Assembly: GCA_024679065.1 (NCBI GenBank) | Contig: JAGIQG010000016.1 | Location: 50,468,001-50,532,000, forward strand | DNA: 64,000 nucleotides | From: Sphyrna mokarran | Taxonomy: Eukaryota | Direction: 5' to 3' | Shown here: piece by piece, positions 61,948-64,000 of the stretch | How the letters are laid out: every line of letters begins with the position of its first letter | Position numbering within the stretch: position 1 is the stretch's first letter | Made by a program: the position numbers and the translations under genes | Notes under the pieces: model-generated | Database searches by the model: none | What the model was told of the DNA's origin: nothing | The model's input: the letters and a program-made list of their open reading frames with translations, nothing else

Positions 61948-64000
61948 TGCCTCATTAGTACTAGAACCTCTATCATGCTCTTACAAGGTTAATGATACAG
62001 AGGACAGAGCAGAAATTCAATTGGGAGTTACTGCTTTCCAAGTATTAAACCTGTCATGATGCCAAGTTACCTGCCACCAGAATATTGCTGTGTTTTCCTG
62101 GGAAAATATAGAAAATAAAATGAACGTGCAATTTTTTTTTGCAGCATATTCGTGTAAGTCGCTGAAAACGAATTTGTGAAGATCTTCTAAGTAATGGATT
62201 AATTTAAGATAAAGTTTGTGAAAATAGTGCTGTCAACAAACAAAGAACATCTGCAAAACAGGAGCCTTAAAAAGAATGGCACACAAAGACAGTACGACTG
62301 GATTTTGTTTAATGTGCTGTACAAACTTCACAGCCATCACTGTCTTATCAATTCTTTCGAATTGCTGCTGTGTGTACTTTGTCCATTGAGTTTTTAAGCA
62401 ATCATGACATTCTACTGAAACTAAACATTTATTTTGCACCAGGTTTCGCAGAGAATTTTGTTTTATCATTCATCTGCAAATGCATTGCACTTTATCTGCG
62501 GCAGCATTTTACACAATACATTTCATTCACATCTGAATTAAATTTAGATATTTTTAGCACCCTATTCAAAATTCAACATACTATGAATGCTTATGCAGTG
62601 TTTTTTTAATATATCTGCATTGCCAAAAGAACTTTAAACAGGTTGTTGTGATAGCAGTTTTGATACATACAGAAGGCACTGATGTAAACCCGCTAAAGCA
62701 ATCTATCTTGCTTTGATAAGTTTCAGAAACTAGTTGAAAATTCAAAGTGATAACTTGTCAGACACTAAGAAGGATGCACAAATTTGTGTGAGGACCTAAA
62801 GTCAAGGCAGATTACCTCAGTAAGAGTACAGCTGCCAGCTGTGACAGTGACACAAGGCCCCAGTGTTCTTGAGATTCTCACTTCCTGCAAAAAAAACCCA
62901 AGCTCTTCCAGCTCATCAATTATTCAGCTAGTTCAGTGCATGGCTATTTATTTCGGAGATAATACTAACTGGCCAAGAGCTGAAAATGTGCCAAAGACAC
63001 CTTGTTTTCCAGCTCTGGGTCTTGGTAATCATTTTCCATTTTTCACACTAAATTTGTACACAGTGCGATTGTATTTCAAAGCACAAAGCAAAGTAAATGC
63101 ATTTGCACCATGACCTTCATTCCTTTGAAGTAATCTGAGGGTACTACTAATGCATTTTTAAAGCACTGCTTGCAGCATCTCAGTAAATAAATATGGAATG
63201 AGATTTAAAATGAGCCAATGAAAGTTAGTTTCTACATTATTCTTGGAGTATAGCAGCATGGACAAGTAATGAACACTGAATTTGCTTGTTCTCTGTGGAT
63301 AATTTGAAGCCAAGATCTTTTCTCATTTCACCAAATGGCTTTAAACACTGTTACGTGCACAGGAAGAGAAGGCATTTCTTGACCTCAAAAAATTTGCAGC
63401 ATTAGTTGCTGTAAAGGGTAACCGTTACTCTTTGTTGCTCCTGACTCTGTTTTGTTACAGCAGGGTGCGAGAGAGTGAACTCGTATTCTTTAAAGTAGCC
63501 ACTCAAAGAATGTGTAGGATCATTTCTTTACAGGGATATTTCGTTGTTCAAAAAAAAACAGGGAGATGTTCCTGTAACTCCACCAACAATACCGCAATCT
63601 GTCAGACTACCCTCAATCACCTCGCAATGAATCCCTCCTCCTACTCCCATTACTGCGATTAACTACAAAATGTTCTTTTGTTTCTATTTATTCATTACAT
63701 TTTCTACCTGAAGGCTGGCTGAATGGGCAAGACCTGCCAAGCAAGAACAGTGACGGCATATCTGACCCATTTCAAGTCTCATTAAAATAGATAAGGTGAG
63801 TTGTTTGCCCTTCGTAACTTACTGGGTTCAGGCTGGCACAACATCAGTCCATTGAATAATGAACTCATGAGATGCCCAGCACCTCTGCTGCCCAGCAGCG
63901 GAAATAAAAAGGTAATTCTAGTTCCACCATTCAACCATTTTATTTTGTCCCCAGAGCTATAACTTTGTCAACTGATAGGAGATCCTGCATTTTGTGTGTA

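Noticed and set aside
1-64000. CRISPR array, operon, rRNA or a second host protein-coding gene
   Set aside because: No regularly spaced repeats, no long intact ORFs and no other recognisable exons; the remaining track ORFs are short and mostly overlap repeats.

Overview
Vertebrate genomic DNA, most likely a shark or other elasmobranch (HE1-type V-SINEs, CR1/HER1-type LINEs, Deu-domain SINEs, Penelope and PIF/Harbinger relics). The only supportable host gene is the 5' end of myt1 (myelin transcription factor 1, CCHHC zinc finger) on the minus strand. Its four coding exons (3996-4050, 3566-3596, 1910-1972, 1350-1627) splice to [61 protein letters not shown]...KRKSHPLKLALDEGY...poly-E, and the gene continues off the left edge. 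The remaining 60 kb is leader-intron or upstream DNA: dense nested transposon relics alternating with two TE-poor blocks (about 11.7-19.9 kb and 40.8-44.3 kb) that carry candidate non-coding exons and neural regulatory motifs. The most interesting inferences are a candidate multi-exon leader that could splice into a 55-aa uORF, a REST-like site cluster, two long inverted duplications whose arms share private mutations, and recurrent overlapping micro-hairpins. Repeat families were assigned by eye from remembered consensus sequences, so boundaries are approximate. No prokaryote-type system (CRISPR, operon) is present.
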